The notes beneath the pieces were generated by a model. It was not told where the DNA came from and did not search any database. It saw nothing but the letters and a program-made list of their open reading frames with translations. Source: Octopus bimaculoides (lineage: Eukaryota). Taken from it: a stretch of DNA of 64,000 bases. The first letter of the stretch is position 1, and every line of letters starts with the position of its first letter. The stretch is taken from contig NC_068997.1 in the NCBI RefSeq assembly GCF_001194135.2, forward strand, positions 14,629,480-14,693,479, written 5' to 3'. The position numbers and the translations under genes were made by a program. Positions 51,551-63,148 of the stretch are shown in pieces.

Positions 51551-51804
51551 TGAAATAAGATATACTATATGAGAATTTTGTAAGGTCTTGGGAAATGATA
51601 GAAACACTTCCTACCATTGCTATGGGATCCTTTGTAGTCAAAGAAAATATCCATCAAGAGGAGAATGCTTTGTGCAGAATGAGTTTTTTTTTGTTTTTTT
51701 TGTAGTAGTAGAAGCTGCTGCATGCAAACTATAATGAGTAAACAGTAATCAGAAATAACGACAAGATCCAATGATGAAGCGAATTAAGATCAATTAAGGT
51801 CATA

Positions 51805-51938
51805 ATTCTTTTCTACTCTAGGTACAAGGCCCAAAATTTTGGTGGAGGGGGCCAGTCAATTAGATCGACCACAATATGCAACTGGTACGTAATTTATCGA
51901 CCCCAAAAGAAGAAAAGCAAAGTCAACCTCGGCAGAAA
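51805..51938 (-). mobile_element. SINE family A, 3' half
   Basis: TTTTCTACTCTAGGTACAAGGCC...AATTTATCGACCCC is the reverse-complement tail and central domain. Confidence 0.8.
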
Positions 51939-52012
51939 GTCATAATAAGTCTGAAATATAAAGTTGGTTATTGATGCAGATTCTTGAAACACCCAGAAAG
52001 ACTTGTGCATCA

Positions 52013-52200
52013 TGATGATGATCATCATCGTTTAATGTTTGCTTTCCATGCTGGCATGGGTTAGATGCCTTGACTGGAACTGGTAAGCTAAAGAGCTGCA
52101 CCAGGTTCCCGTCTGATTTGGCATGGTATCTACGGTTAGATGTCCGTTCTAATGCCAACCACTCCAAGGGTATAATGGGTGCGTTTTATGTGCAACTGGC
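52013..52200 (-). mobile_element. Family C 3' part
   Basis: ATCATCGTTTAATGTTTGCTTTCCATGCTGGCATGGG...AATGCCAACCACTCC. Confidence 0.85.
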
Positions 52201-52209
52201 TGATTCTAG

Positions 52210-52421
52210 AATTTGGCAGAAGGCCAGTGATTTCAGCAGAGGTGGTATATCAGTTACATCAACCCCTGTGTTCAGTTGGTACTTTTTTTATCAACTCTGA
52301 AAGGATGAAAGACAAAGACGAAGTTGGCCCAAGCAGTATTTGAACTCTGAACATAAATTCAGAAGAAATGCTGCTAAGCATTTTTCCCAGCACCGTAATG
52401 ATTCTGCCAGCTCACTACCTC
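52210..52421 (-). mobile_element. SINE family A
   Basis: Reverse-complement copy ending GATTCTGCCAGCTCACTACCT. Confidence 0.8.
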
Positions 52422-52867
52422 GGATTTATACATATTACAAGCAAATGAATCTCTTTCAAGGTTTATTATGTTGCCACGGTCCACAAAAGCAGAGGTTTGC
52501 CATTCCTTGTGTCTAGTTTCAGCTGGATGGACTGGGCCAATTCTGTGTCAGGTAATGTGCCACAGGTTAAGTGAAAAATTACTAACAGAATACGAAATGC
52601 CAACATCACAGCTGGTTCTGTTCTTTTTCTTTAATTTGCTTCAGTCCTTAGGCTGTGTCCATGCTGGAGCATCTCCTTGAAGAACTTTTGTTGAATTTAA
52701 TATATAAATATATATTTTTAATATATGAGAAAGTAGATATTTAAATATATACACGTGTATACATTTAAATATTTATGTTAAATCGTGGCATTTAATTCCA
52801 TAATTATCCATATATACATATAACAGATTTTATATGCTTAACACAAGTTTGTATTAAGCAGGGTCTT

Positions 52868-53150
52868 TGTTTTAATTAATTTTTAATAATAATGAAGAAA
52901 TTAGCAAAAAAAATTCGTCATTATTTAGCTGATATTTGAAATACAAATTTACATGAAATATTCATGGAGATTCTAATTTAGAGACTATCTGAGATTGCTC
53001 CTGTTTCTATGATATGGAATTCATGTTCTGAAGTAATTTGAATTACATCCTTCCATCAAAAATTTCGTGACAGTTTATGTTCTAAACACCTACTTAACGA
53101 GAAAGTTATTTTGCTAAATTCTTCATTATTTTCAAAATTAATCAAAATAT
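52868..53150. repeat. Inverted pair of the same AT-rich repeat (about 100-bp arms, about 80-bp spacer)
   Basis: TAATAATGAAGAAATTAGCAAAA... on + is mirrored by ...TTTTGCTAAATTCTTCATTATT. The arms are clearly homologous but diverged. Confidence 0.65.
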
Positions 53151-53177
53151 AGTTTAGTGCATTTCTGCAGTAATATT

Positions 53178-53548
53178 GTGGCACTCCGTCGGTTATGTCG
53201 ACGAGGGTTCCAGTTAATCCGATCACCGGAACAGCCTGCTTGTGAAATTAACGTGCAAGTAGCTGAGCACTCCACAGACACGTGTACTATTAATGTAGTT
53301 CTCAGGGATTTTCAGCGTGACAAGGCTGGACCGTTGAATTACAGGCACAACAGAAACAGGAAGTAAAAGTGAGAAAAAGTTGTGGTGAAAGAGAACAGCA
53401 GGGTTTGCCACCACTCCCTGCCGGAGCCCCGTGGAGCTTTTATGTGATTTGCTCAATAAATACTCACAACGCCTGGTCTAGGAATTGAAACCATGATCCC
53501 ACGACTGCAAGTCCGCTGCCCCTAACCACTGGGCCATTGTGCTTCCAC
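53178..53548 (-). mobile_element. SINE family D, full-length (tRNA-like head)
   Basis: On - the head is GGCCCAGTGGTTAG...GGTTTCAATTCC (A/B boxes). The tail is shared with 40070-40255 (GAGGGTTCCAGTT..GGAACAGCCTGCTTGTGAAATTAAC on +). Confidence 0.85.
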
Positions 53549-53591
53549 ACAGAAATATAATAATAAAAGGTTAATATTTACACTCACAGTT

Positions 53592-53805
53592 AAGGCTGTG
53601 AGCTTGCAGAATCTTTATGATGAATGAAATGCTTAGTAGCATTTTATGTTTCCCCATTCTGAGTTCAAATCCTGCTGAGAGGCCACTTTGCCTTTTATCC
53701 TTTTGCGATCAATAAAATAAGTACCAGTTGAGCATTGGGGTCAATGTAACTGACTTAACCCTGCCGCTGAAGCTGCGGGCCTTGAGCCAAAATTTGAAAC
53801 CAATA
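53592..53805 (+). mobile_element. SINE family A
   Basis: Colinear diverged copy. Confidence 0.8.
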
Positions 53806-54489
53806 TCAACTTTTCTTTGTGAGTTGAGTTGACCAAAGTTGCATAGCAAATGATAGACGTTATGTTCCTACAACACAGCTCCAAGTTAGGCTTCATTACA
53901 TCCACTATGTGCTGACAACAAGAGAGACTGTTGTAGCTAAGCAGAGGAGATGTGATGAACCTAGGGCACACATGTGAACATCTGTAAATCAATCATTAAA
54001 AATTATTTATTATTAGACTCTGTACGAAAGAGGCAACAGATGTGAATGAATGATGAGTTTGTGGAGAAGACTGGAGGTTTCAACAGTAAATGAAATATTA
54101 GAGGAAGAAATACAGAAAAGGAGGAAGTAGAATATAAAGAGACAGATGTATGATAAGAAAGAAAATAAGCAATTCAACATAATTGAGTTCTGTGGATAAA
54201 AATTGGATATAAAGTATTTTGATAAATATATTACTTGTACATTAAAAGTATTTCATTTCAATGTTGCACTTTTCTGCAGAATATATCTTCAGATTTTAGC
54301 TAACACTGTATGCAATGGATAGGTGGAAACATCTTGTTTTATATGCAATACTTTTGTGGGTAGAAAAAGTGGAATCGGCCCAGAACTAAGTTTTATTTTG
54401 TGTTGAGATTTCATCAAAGACTCGATATCTTCTTTGCTGAAGGGGTTAGCTGGCCATTAATGAAATCCCTCCTCCCTCTATTACTCCTC

Positions 54490-54730
54490 CCCTTTGTCTT
54501 GCAAGTTACTCGGTTGACATCATCAGTGCTGGATCCACATAAAAAGCACACAGTACACCCCATAAAATGGTAGGCATTAGGAAGGGTATCCAGCCATAGA
54601 AATTATATCAGAACCGACAGCAGAGCTTAGCACAGTTCTCTGGCTTGTCAGCTCCTGTCAAACCATCCGACCCAAGCCATCACAGAAACCACATGTTAAA
54701 TAATGATGCTGACAACAATGATGACGACAA
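54490..54730 (+). mobile_element. Family C, diverged
   Basis: GGCATTAGGAAGGGTATCCAGCCATAGAAA...CATGTTAAATAATGATG. Confidence 0.75.
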
Positions 54731-54905
54731 TGTATTCCTCTTGCTTTCTTAAGCATAGAACTTCAAAAGAATTTTCAATTTAAATATAGTATAGAAGATC
54801 CTTATATGCTGGAAGCAGATATGTAACTGTAAAGGTTGGCCTCGTAGAAAGACATTCTTTAGATAGAATAATTATTCCGAGTAACCCTTACAGCATTTTT
54901 AGCTG

Positions 54906-55180
54906 TGTGGTGTTACATGTGGTGTTATGGGCTGTGATGAGCTATGTGGTGTTAGTGGAGAGGGATTGCGGATGAAGTAAATGAAAGGGGCCAGTGGAAG
55001 TCGCTAGAGGCGGATGCGTGGACAGCGAGCACGTGTGGACAGTTGCAGCAGAGACGGCGTGTGTAGAAGTTGTGGTTTGATCTGGAGTGATCGTTTATCC
55101 TGCCACGGTCGACAAGGTAAGGTCGCTGTATTTCTTTCTCCCTTTTGCTTCTTGTTGTCTTTTTCCTCCATCACACCACA
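54906..55180. mobile_element. Solo LTR (275 bp) of an LTR retrotransposon with 5-bp TSD AGCTG
   Basis: Begins TGTGGTGTTA (54906) and ends TCACACCACA (55180), giving TG...CA termini with a 9/10 inverted match. It is flanked by identical AGCTG at 54901-54905 and 55181-55185 and is CpG-rich relative to the flanks. Confidence 0.85.
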
Positions 55181-56157
55181 AGCTGGTTGCTCCAAAAGTT
55201 TATTTTTACTAAGGTTTTTTCTGTTAGTATAGTTAACATCATTTTACTTAAATAACAATATCCTGAATGTCATTAATAACCAGATACCAAAAAGCTAAAA
55301 ACAAATAAATTCCTGACTTATTCAAGGTGAAAATTAATGGAACTTATATTGCATTTTCCAATTCTGTGACACCTTTGTAGCCATATGTAATAGTACAAAA
55401 ACGAGATATGCTCTTCATGAAAGTTGCTTTTATTGAACTCTAAAGTTCTCTACCAAATTCATTTAATCACAATTAATTTTTACTCCTTATTTACCAAACT
55501 GTTTCTAGTAGATGATGTTTTGCCAATAAGGAATACTGCCAAATTTGAATCAGCCAGTTTTAATGCTATCAGTTTAAAGTAAACAAACATTTTCTATTCC
55601 TGATTGTCTCTGCATTCAATGGCAACTTCAACAAACAGAATACTTGTTCTCGGCAAACTAATCTGTTTGTATTCAGATCACTTTTACCATATGTAATGAA
55701 GGCACTAGCATCTCAAACTGTCAGTAAATAATATAATTTTGGATAAAATCAATGAGCAGTAAAATTCTAATCTATCAAAACATGTGTGGCAACTGAGAGT
55801 TTATTGGGCGCTTATTTTCGGATATGATTGATCATCTTATAGCAGAGCAGTAAAATTTTAGGAGGGCATGTTGAGCAAGAGGTCTTATGCTCTGGAGTTT
55901 AAGACTTGCTTGTATATCTATGCTTAAGTAGATAGGATCAGTAACTTAAGCTCTAATGAAAAAAGATTCTCCAGAGTGAACAACTCCTCCCCCCCCCCTG
56001 CTACACACATACACACACACAAACACATACACACTCATATACATTGTAAACATATATCCATATGGATATCTACACAAATATATTTCAACACACACACACA
56101 CGCACATATATATATACACATATATGTATGTACATATATGTACATATAGCATGTATA

Positions 56158-56531
56158 TAGCACCATTTGAGCGTGATCGTTACCAACATCGCCTTCCTGG
56201 CACTTGTGCCAGTGGCACATGAAAAGACATTCCAGTGAGATCGTTGCCAGTGCCACTGGACTGGTTCCTGTGCAAGTGGCATGTAAAATACACCATTTTG
56301 AGCATGGCCGTTGCCAGTACTGCCTGACTGGCCTTCATACCAGTGGCACGTAAAAGCACCCACTACACTCTCGGAGTGTTTGGCGTTAGAAAGGGCATCC
56401 AGCTGTAGAAACTCTGCCAAATCAGATTGGAGCCTGGTGTAGCCACCTGGTCCACCAGTCCTCAGTCAAATCATCCAACCCATGCTAGCATGGAAAGCGG
56501 ACGTTAAACGATGATGATGATGATGATGATG
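56158..56531 (+). mobile_element. SINE/short retroposon family C (internal tandem subrepeats, (GAT)n tail), long copy
   Basis: Three roughly 70-bp subrepeats (CACCATTTTGAGC..CGTTGCCAGT..GTGGCACGTAAAA), then GGCGTTAGAAAGGGCATCCAGCTGTAGAAA ... CCAACCCATGCTAGCATGGAAAGCGGACGTTAAACGATGATGATG. Confidence 0.85.
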
Positions 56532-57321
56532 TATGGCTGTATAAAAGAAGAACACAAGTTGGGTTCTTCTTTTAACAACAGCTGTTTCAGCAGCATCTTA
56601 TTAATGCATCCTTAGATTACATCATGGCAAAACCCCTCCATCTTCAGGGGATTTTTAAACAAACAAATCTGTAAGCAGAAGCTATAAGATGACTTCATCA
56701 CCAATGTGTGTGTGTGTGTGTGTTTGTGTGGATCATTGATCGTTGTAATTCTTTTATTTCTGTTTCTTCCCATGCTGGCATCAGTCAGACAAAACTTGTC
56801 AAGCCAAATTTTGTATGGATGGAGCTCTTTCTGCTGTCCAATCATTACCTGTATTCTGAGTAAGCTATATTCATTCCAGTGGTAGGTTGTTACTCACTGA
56901 AAGGACTGGATGTCTTGCTTACTAGAAATTGTAAACAAAGATTCTGTATTTTGCTCCGGCAGTGTTAATGAGGACACACGGTAGACACATACACACACAC
57001 ACACGCACACACATGTGCACATATAAATATATTTACAAATAGAAGCAAAAATACATGCACATGCACACACACATGCAAACACACACGTGCAAATATGTGT
57101 GTGTGCACATGCATATATGTGTATGCCCCAGCATGGTCACTGCCTAAGGACAGAAACAAGCAAAAGATAGAAAATGTATACCCCAAAATATCAAAATACA
57201 TGTTTAAATTAGAGACGATTGACTGACCCTGTTTCTTATAACTTGCATTGTTTTGACTTCTCTAGAAAAATAAAAAAAAAACTTTAATCTACATCAGACA
57301 ATGCTTCATGTAAACAAAGGC

Positions 57322-57420
57322 TTACTCTTTACTATTTTACTTGTTTCAGTCATTTGCTCGACTAAAGGTGGTGCTCCAGCATGGCCGCAGTCAAATGACT
57401 GAAACAAGTAAAAAGAGAGT
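57322..57420. mobile_element. SINE family B 3' tip joined to an inverted copy of its own tail
   Basis: TTTTACTTGTTTCAGTCATTTG (57335-57356) and CAAATGACTGAAACAAGTAAAA (57392-57413) are perfect 22-bp inverted repeats around the native 3' end. Confidence 0.8.
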
Positions 57421-57857
57421 AATTATAGATCTTAAGATAAAAGAAAGTAAGTATAGATCTTAAGATAAAAGAAAGTAATTGTGAGGTTTTTACAGATAAT
57501 ATATATATATAGATATCAAAAGAGACCAATAAAATAAATATTCTTTGCCTAAAATCCTTCTAGATGGTACCCTGGAATGACCACAAATAAAAGATAAAAG
57601 AGAGTAAAAGATAACATAGGTCAGGTGTTTGTTTGTTGGATTAGTTGTTCTTATCACTGGATGACTTAATTATTTCCTTAGCCATTCACCTACAGAAGAG
57701 AGAGTGGAACTTGTTAATGTCAATGAAGCAAAAACTCCATGAAACAAAGAAATGCATTCATATGTTTAGGTTTTGGGGCATGTATGTGTGTGGGGGTGGG
57801 TGAGTGGGTGAGTGGGAGGTGCTGTGGGAGTTGGCCAGTTGGTGGTTTGGGGAGAGC

Positions 57858-57897
<40 letters not shown>

Positions 57898-57958
57898 AGT
57901 AATAGTACAAATCATATCTACTTATGGATCATTATGATTGATCATCAACATCTCCATC

Positions 57959-58001
<43 letters not shown>

Positions 58002-58053
58002 ACACATGAATATATATACACATGTACACACACATACACACACACACATACAT

Positions 58054-58104
<51 letters not shown>

Positions 58105-58999
58105 CATATATATATGTATATATGTATATATACGTATGTATATAGATATGTATATGTATGTGTGTGTATATATATATACATACATACATACACATATACA
58201 TATAAATATATATATACATGCATACATATAATATTAGCTACATGCATACATTGGTGAGTGCATCTGTATGTGAATGTGCTTTATGAGAAAGAGAGAGAGA
58301 GATGAGTAGGTTTTGTTGCATGACATATGCACCAAAAAAGGCATATTAAACAAGGAAAAGATGAGAGGAAGAGAGGGAGAGAGAGAGAGAGCTTGAGAAA
58401 AAGAGAAAGATAATGCTACCAGAAGAGTATAGGAGATAGAGTGATGAGGGAAGAGCAATATAAAGTAATAAAGCTGAAAAAAGATTGATAGATACAGAAA
58501 TAAATCAAAATATATGGATAAAGCCATAAATATTAACAAATATATTGATCAAATTCTCAGTATAATAAAACATATTATTATTTCTAACACTTTATAATGA
58601 TATATCAATACATTTATCAGTGCTGTGTGAATATATATATATGTATGTCTGTCAGTATATTCTTTTATATATACAGTATCAATGAGTACATTGTAGTATA
58701 TAGAAGTGATCTATCTGACCATTCTAATACATCACTAGTATGTCTATCAAGACTTCTGGAATATATTGATATATCTCTCAATTTTTATATTAGCAGTACT
58801 AAAGTTTAATGTTCCTGTGAGGGATGAAGATATCCAGGTAAGAAAATGTCTCTTAAATGCTTAGGATTTGAAAGACAAGATAAGTTCCGGTACAACTTGC
58901 TTATTTGCTTACAACGTAGTATACTCTTAAAGACCAGCAAAGTATTAAGACATTTTTCACCTTGAAGAGTCTTATATTTGGTTTAAATATCAGTCATCT

Positions 59000-59620
59000 C
59001 TAACCTTGTACATCTGAGTATCATCTTACGTAGCCTAAATACCTCACACGTTGAGTCTATGCTGATTTTTGAACAAAGATCAAGATATGTTTCTTCAACG
59101 AGGGTCATGACAATCTTGTCTTCTTCAAAAATACAAAAACATGATCACTCTTGATATCATGGAAACGTTACTGCATCTTCACCTAAGTATGAACAGCATT
59201 CAAGGTTGCTACAAATGCTAAGTCTCTCTACCACAAAAGAGTCCCTCTTATACATCCACAATGTAACAAATATGGTATCTCAAAGATTGGATTTTTCTCT
59301 ACAGAACTAGAAAATGCTTCAGCAACCAGCAGTTTCTGACTCTCAATTTCAAAGCTCAGGTAAGGCCATTAATTTAATATCACTGCCACACAGCAGAGCG
59401 TGCTGCTCCTTCACAAACAAACAGCTTAAAACATGCCACTGTAGCTATACATGAAACCGAGTCATTGAATCATGGAGTCTCAGGACAACACTGAAAGAGT
59501 ATCCAGCAAATCTTAATGCCAGGTAAGCAGGAACAGAGGATAAAGAGATGCTGAGTAGTGGTAAGAAGGAAACTTGGATTCTTGTGTTAAATTCTTGGAT
59601 TCTTTCTGCTATTTTAGGCC
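59000..59620 (+). mobile_element. Decayed CR1/Jockey-group LINE ORF2 3' region
   Basis: EGHDNLVFFKNTKT*SLLIS (near 59100) resembles W...NLV.FNA.KTQ. FLYRTRKCFSNQQFLTLNFKAQVRPLI* (59294-59377) resembles the L.R.R..F...QLL.LYKAQVRP motif. Stops and frameshifts are present. Confidence 0.7.
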
Positions 59621-60409
59621 ATAGGGAAAGTGTCATCTTTAAAAAGTGTATCACAAGTGAAATACAACCAAGCATCTGAGGATTTGGAACTGAAACGAAA
59701 CAGTCCCAACTGAAAATGAATCTGCGTCACAAATCTGGATTGCTAGAAAAACTTAACACCCATATACAGAATTCATACAGATCCCTAAACAATTGTGAAT
59801 AAACTAAATAATGGAAATTTAAAGCAAAGACATCATTTTCCAAAATGTAACAAAGAGAAAAAACAAAATGAAAGACAGATAAAAAAATTTATTAAAACAT
59901 AACACAAGAGTGTTAAATCCTCCTTCACAGGATTTTTTTCCTAATGCATTCACACATGCATGCACATATACACAAACATGCACATATACACACATATACA
60001 CAAATACATGCAATCATGTTCACATGCACACATTAACACAGAGCCAATGTTTATGACAACCACTTTATCAACAACAATCAAAGCTGATGGTAAAATTGAT
60101 AGTATTCCACACTAGCTGTCTTAACTTCCAGCACACTGCACAAAACATGTGCACTTGCCTGTTGCAGCAGAGCATCTAATCCATACCAGCTCAATCAGCA
60201 CTGTTCTAATGGCTTACTTTTGTTTCTGGTATATTTATTAGTTGTCAAGAAGAACCTTTCATCTGTCTTCATTGCTGTTGACATTACAACTTTTACTGTT
60301 GATGTTTTTTTGTCACTGAAATTACTCTTAACTGTACTTTGGTGAAGTGTTTTATTGTTCGTTGTGTTGTTGTTGCTGCTGTTAATGTAATTTCTTGTTT
60401 CTTCTATCG

Positions 60410-60810
60410 ATGATGACAATGATAATGATGATGTTGATGATGGCGATGATAACAGGAGTTGTGGCAGCAGTGAAGAGGAAAATGATAATGATGATGACGC
60501 CAACACCAGAAACAACGACGGCGATGATGATAACAGTAAGCGCAACAATGATGAAAATTATGACAATGAGATGATAACAATGAGGACGACAATGACAACG
60601 ATCGCATCCACAACAATGACAAAGTTGATGACGATGATGATGAAAATGATAACAGCAACAGTAATTACAACAATGGCGGCAACAGCGATGATGATGGCAA
60701 TGACAACGACAAAGATGATGACAACATCGATGACAATAGCAAGGACAATGAAAATGATGGTGACATTGATGACAACAACAACGACGATGATAAACATTAT
60801 AACAACAACT
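60410..60810. repeat. (GAT/GAC/CAA)n degenerate trinucleotide tract
   Basis: Direct reading; source of the M/T-rich and I/V-rich pseudo-ORFs. Confidence 0.85.
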
Positions 60811-61589
60811 AGCTGGCCCTGCACCAGAAAAAATTAGGGCTAATTGTGGTGTTTTATATATAAATAAGACAAAAGATCGAATATGGATGGTAATTCAAAT
60901 TAATACTCTTCTCAATATTGTCTAGCGGTTGTATTTTGAGATGTGACATTGATCCATACAAACATACACATACTTCCCTTGTACATGCACACACACATAC
61001 ATACATATACTAACACAGAGTTGAAACACTGTTTGATTTTTCTTTTCAGCATTGAATGTTTACCATCTCACTTCCATTGCACACACACACACACACACAC
61101 AAACAAGCATTCACATACCTCCCTTTTACATACACACACATATGATCACACAGAGATTAACCTTGATTCAGCAAACAGAACAGAGTCACCAGTTGGTTTT
61201 TGTTTGTGTCCAGAACAGTTTCAAGCACCCAGCTCCTTTTTCCCTATCATTAGTTCTCCATGTCACAATATGGAAGTTCTACTGCCTGCATTGCTTGACT
61301 GACAAAGAGCTCTTATCACTTGGCAATATTCCAGAAGCCAGGTACCCAGTTTGGCTCATCGACTGACCAAAGTTTGCAGTTCTATTGAAGAAGTTGGCTG
61401 TGAGGAAAACATTTTCCTGATACAAAAGATGACCACACCTATTAAGCATATAAACGTTTCTGTAGAAGCAGCTGCCTCAGTTTATGTCTGGTATTTCATA
61501 TGCCACAGCATGCAAAGCCCTTCATGCAGAAGGTGTTGGTACCAAATGGCTCCCTACACAACAAGCAAAAGCACACACACTCCATTAGT

Positions 61590-61962
61590 AACAAGAGCAC
61601 TCAGAGAGCGCAAACCTCCACCAAGGCAACATCAATGTCTTCTCAACGATTAGCTGGAGATGATTTTTGAAATGAGATTATCTAAAATAAACTTGACTGC
61701 TCTCACAAACGAGAATACTAAGAATGAACCCAACCACTCTCAAAAATTAGGTAAAAGAAACAGGAAAAATAATCCAGAATCATTGTCCAGCAGCAGATCG
61801 ATCCCAAACTCTAATGAGTTCGTGCCAGTCATGAGGCCAAACATTTCTCAAAGTTTCATCCGAATCCATCCAGCAGTTCTTGAGATATCTTGTCCAAAGA
61901 CAAACAAACAAACAAACATGACTGAAAACAACACCTCCACCTTCACTAAGGCAGAGGTAATA
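61590..61962 (-). mobile_element. Non-autonomous Helentron-associated element (HINE/DINE-1-like), copy 2
   Basis: Reverse complement of 32936-33311. On - it ends CCTTGGTGGAGGTTTGCGCTCTCTGAGTGCTCTTGTT, with a small 3' stem-loop GCGCTC-TCT-GAGTGC. Confidence 0.75.
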
Positions 61963-61992
61963 GTAGTAGTAGTAGTAGTACTACTACTACTT

Positions 61993-62218
61993 AAGGCAGC
62001 GAGCTGGCAGATTGATAAGCATGCTGGGAAAAAGTGTTTAGTAGCATTTCATATCTTTTTATGTTCTGAGTTCAAATTCCACCGAGGTTGTCTTTCATCC
62101 ATTCAGGGTCAATAGAATAAGTACCAACTGAGGACACTGGGGTCAAGGTAATCAACTTATTCACACACCCGCCCCAGAATCCAGAATTGCTGGCCTTGTG
62201 CCAAAATTTGAAACCAGT
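61993..62218 (+). mobile_element. SINE family A
   Basis: Colinear copy next to a HINE end. Confidence 0.85.
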
Positions 62219-62236
62219 ATTGGCATTATAATTAAC

Positions 62237-62398
62237 AAGGCGGTGAGCTGGCTGAATCATTAGCACACCAGGCAAAATACTCAGCAACATTTCATCCATC
62301 TTTACGTTCTGAGTTCAAATTCTGCTGAAGTCATCTTTGCCTTTCATTGGTTTGGGGCTTGATAAAATAAGTACCTGTTGATGGCTGGGGTCGATGTT
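62237..62398 (+). mobile_element. SINE family A
   Basis: Tandem with the preceding copy. Confidence 0.85.
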
Positions 62399-62599
62399 AT
62401 TGTGTCTGTCTGTGTTGCTTTTGTTTTTCCTATTTTCATCATCAATACAACAACAACAAAACATTATTCATTCAGTGAATGAAACAACAGGGTGTGATTT
62501 TAGGAAGACTTAGCTGCTATTTCTTGCACACTAAGAAACTACACGGAAGCTTTCTTACTGTTCTTCTCATTGTAGTTATCAATGCTCCTGTTATAGCTT

Positions 62600-62975
62600 T
62601 TGCTGTTATCATAATAGTTTTCATTGATATTGCTACTCGTTGATGTTATTATTATTGCTGTCGTTGTTGTTGTTGTTGTTGCTGTTGTCATCATCATAGA
62701 TAACCATTGCAGCTGCTGTATCTGCTGCCCTTGATTTATTTGTGTTGTTATTGCTGCTGTCACATCATTGGGTTTTATTTTAGTTATTGTTGTAAATTGT
62801 TATTGCGGTGGGGTTTTTGTCCATTGTTACTGTTGTTGTTATTAAGGTTGACAATGTTATCGTCATTATTGCTGCTGTCATTGCAGACGATGTTGTCGTT
62901 TTTGCTGTTGTTGTTGCTGTCGTTAATGTTGTTGTTGTAATTACTAGTGTTGTTGTTGTTGTTGTTGTTGTTTAT
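62600..62975. repeat. (GTT/GCT)n degenerate trinucleotide tract
   Basis: Direct reading. Confidence 0.8.
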
Positions 62976-63108
62976 TTAATTAGGTCTCCACAGGTTTAAG
63001 ATATTTAACTTCTGACATTTAAGACATGCTAAATGTTGAATTTAATCTGTAAAAAAAAAAAAATCCTTTGAAAGCTACCATATTCCACTTTATTCCAGCA
63101 CTCATATT

Positions 63109-63148
<40 letters not shown>

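Noticed and set aside
56158-56350. Repeat-spacer-like periodicity suggestive of a CRISPR array
   Set aside because: The units are diverged tandem subrepeats of a eukaryotic retroposon, with no unique spacers and no cas genes.
60195-60837. Several 84-117 aa ORFs rich in S/L, M/T or I/V
   Set aside because: They are products of the GAT/GAC/CAA degenerate trinucleotide tract.
61351-61653. 100-aa ORF on + and a 151-aa ORF at 61660-62115
   Set aside because: There are no recognisable domains. They overlap or run into the HINE element and a SINE, and neither strand gave a coherent spliced frame.
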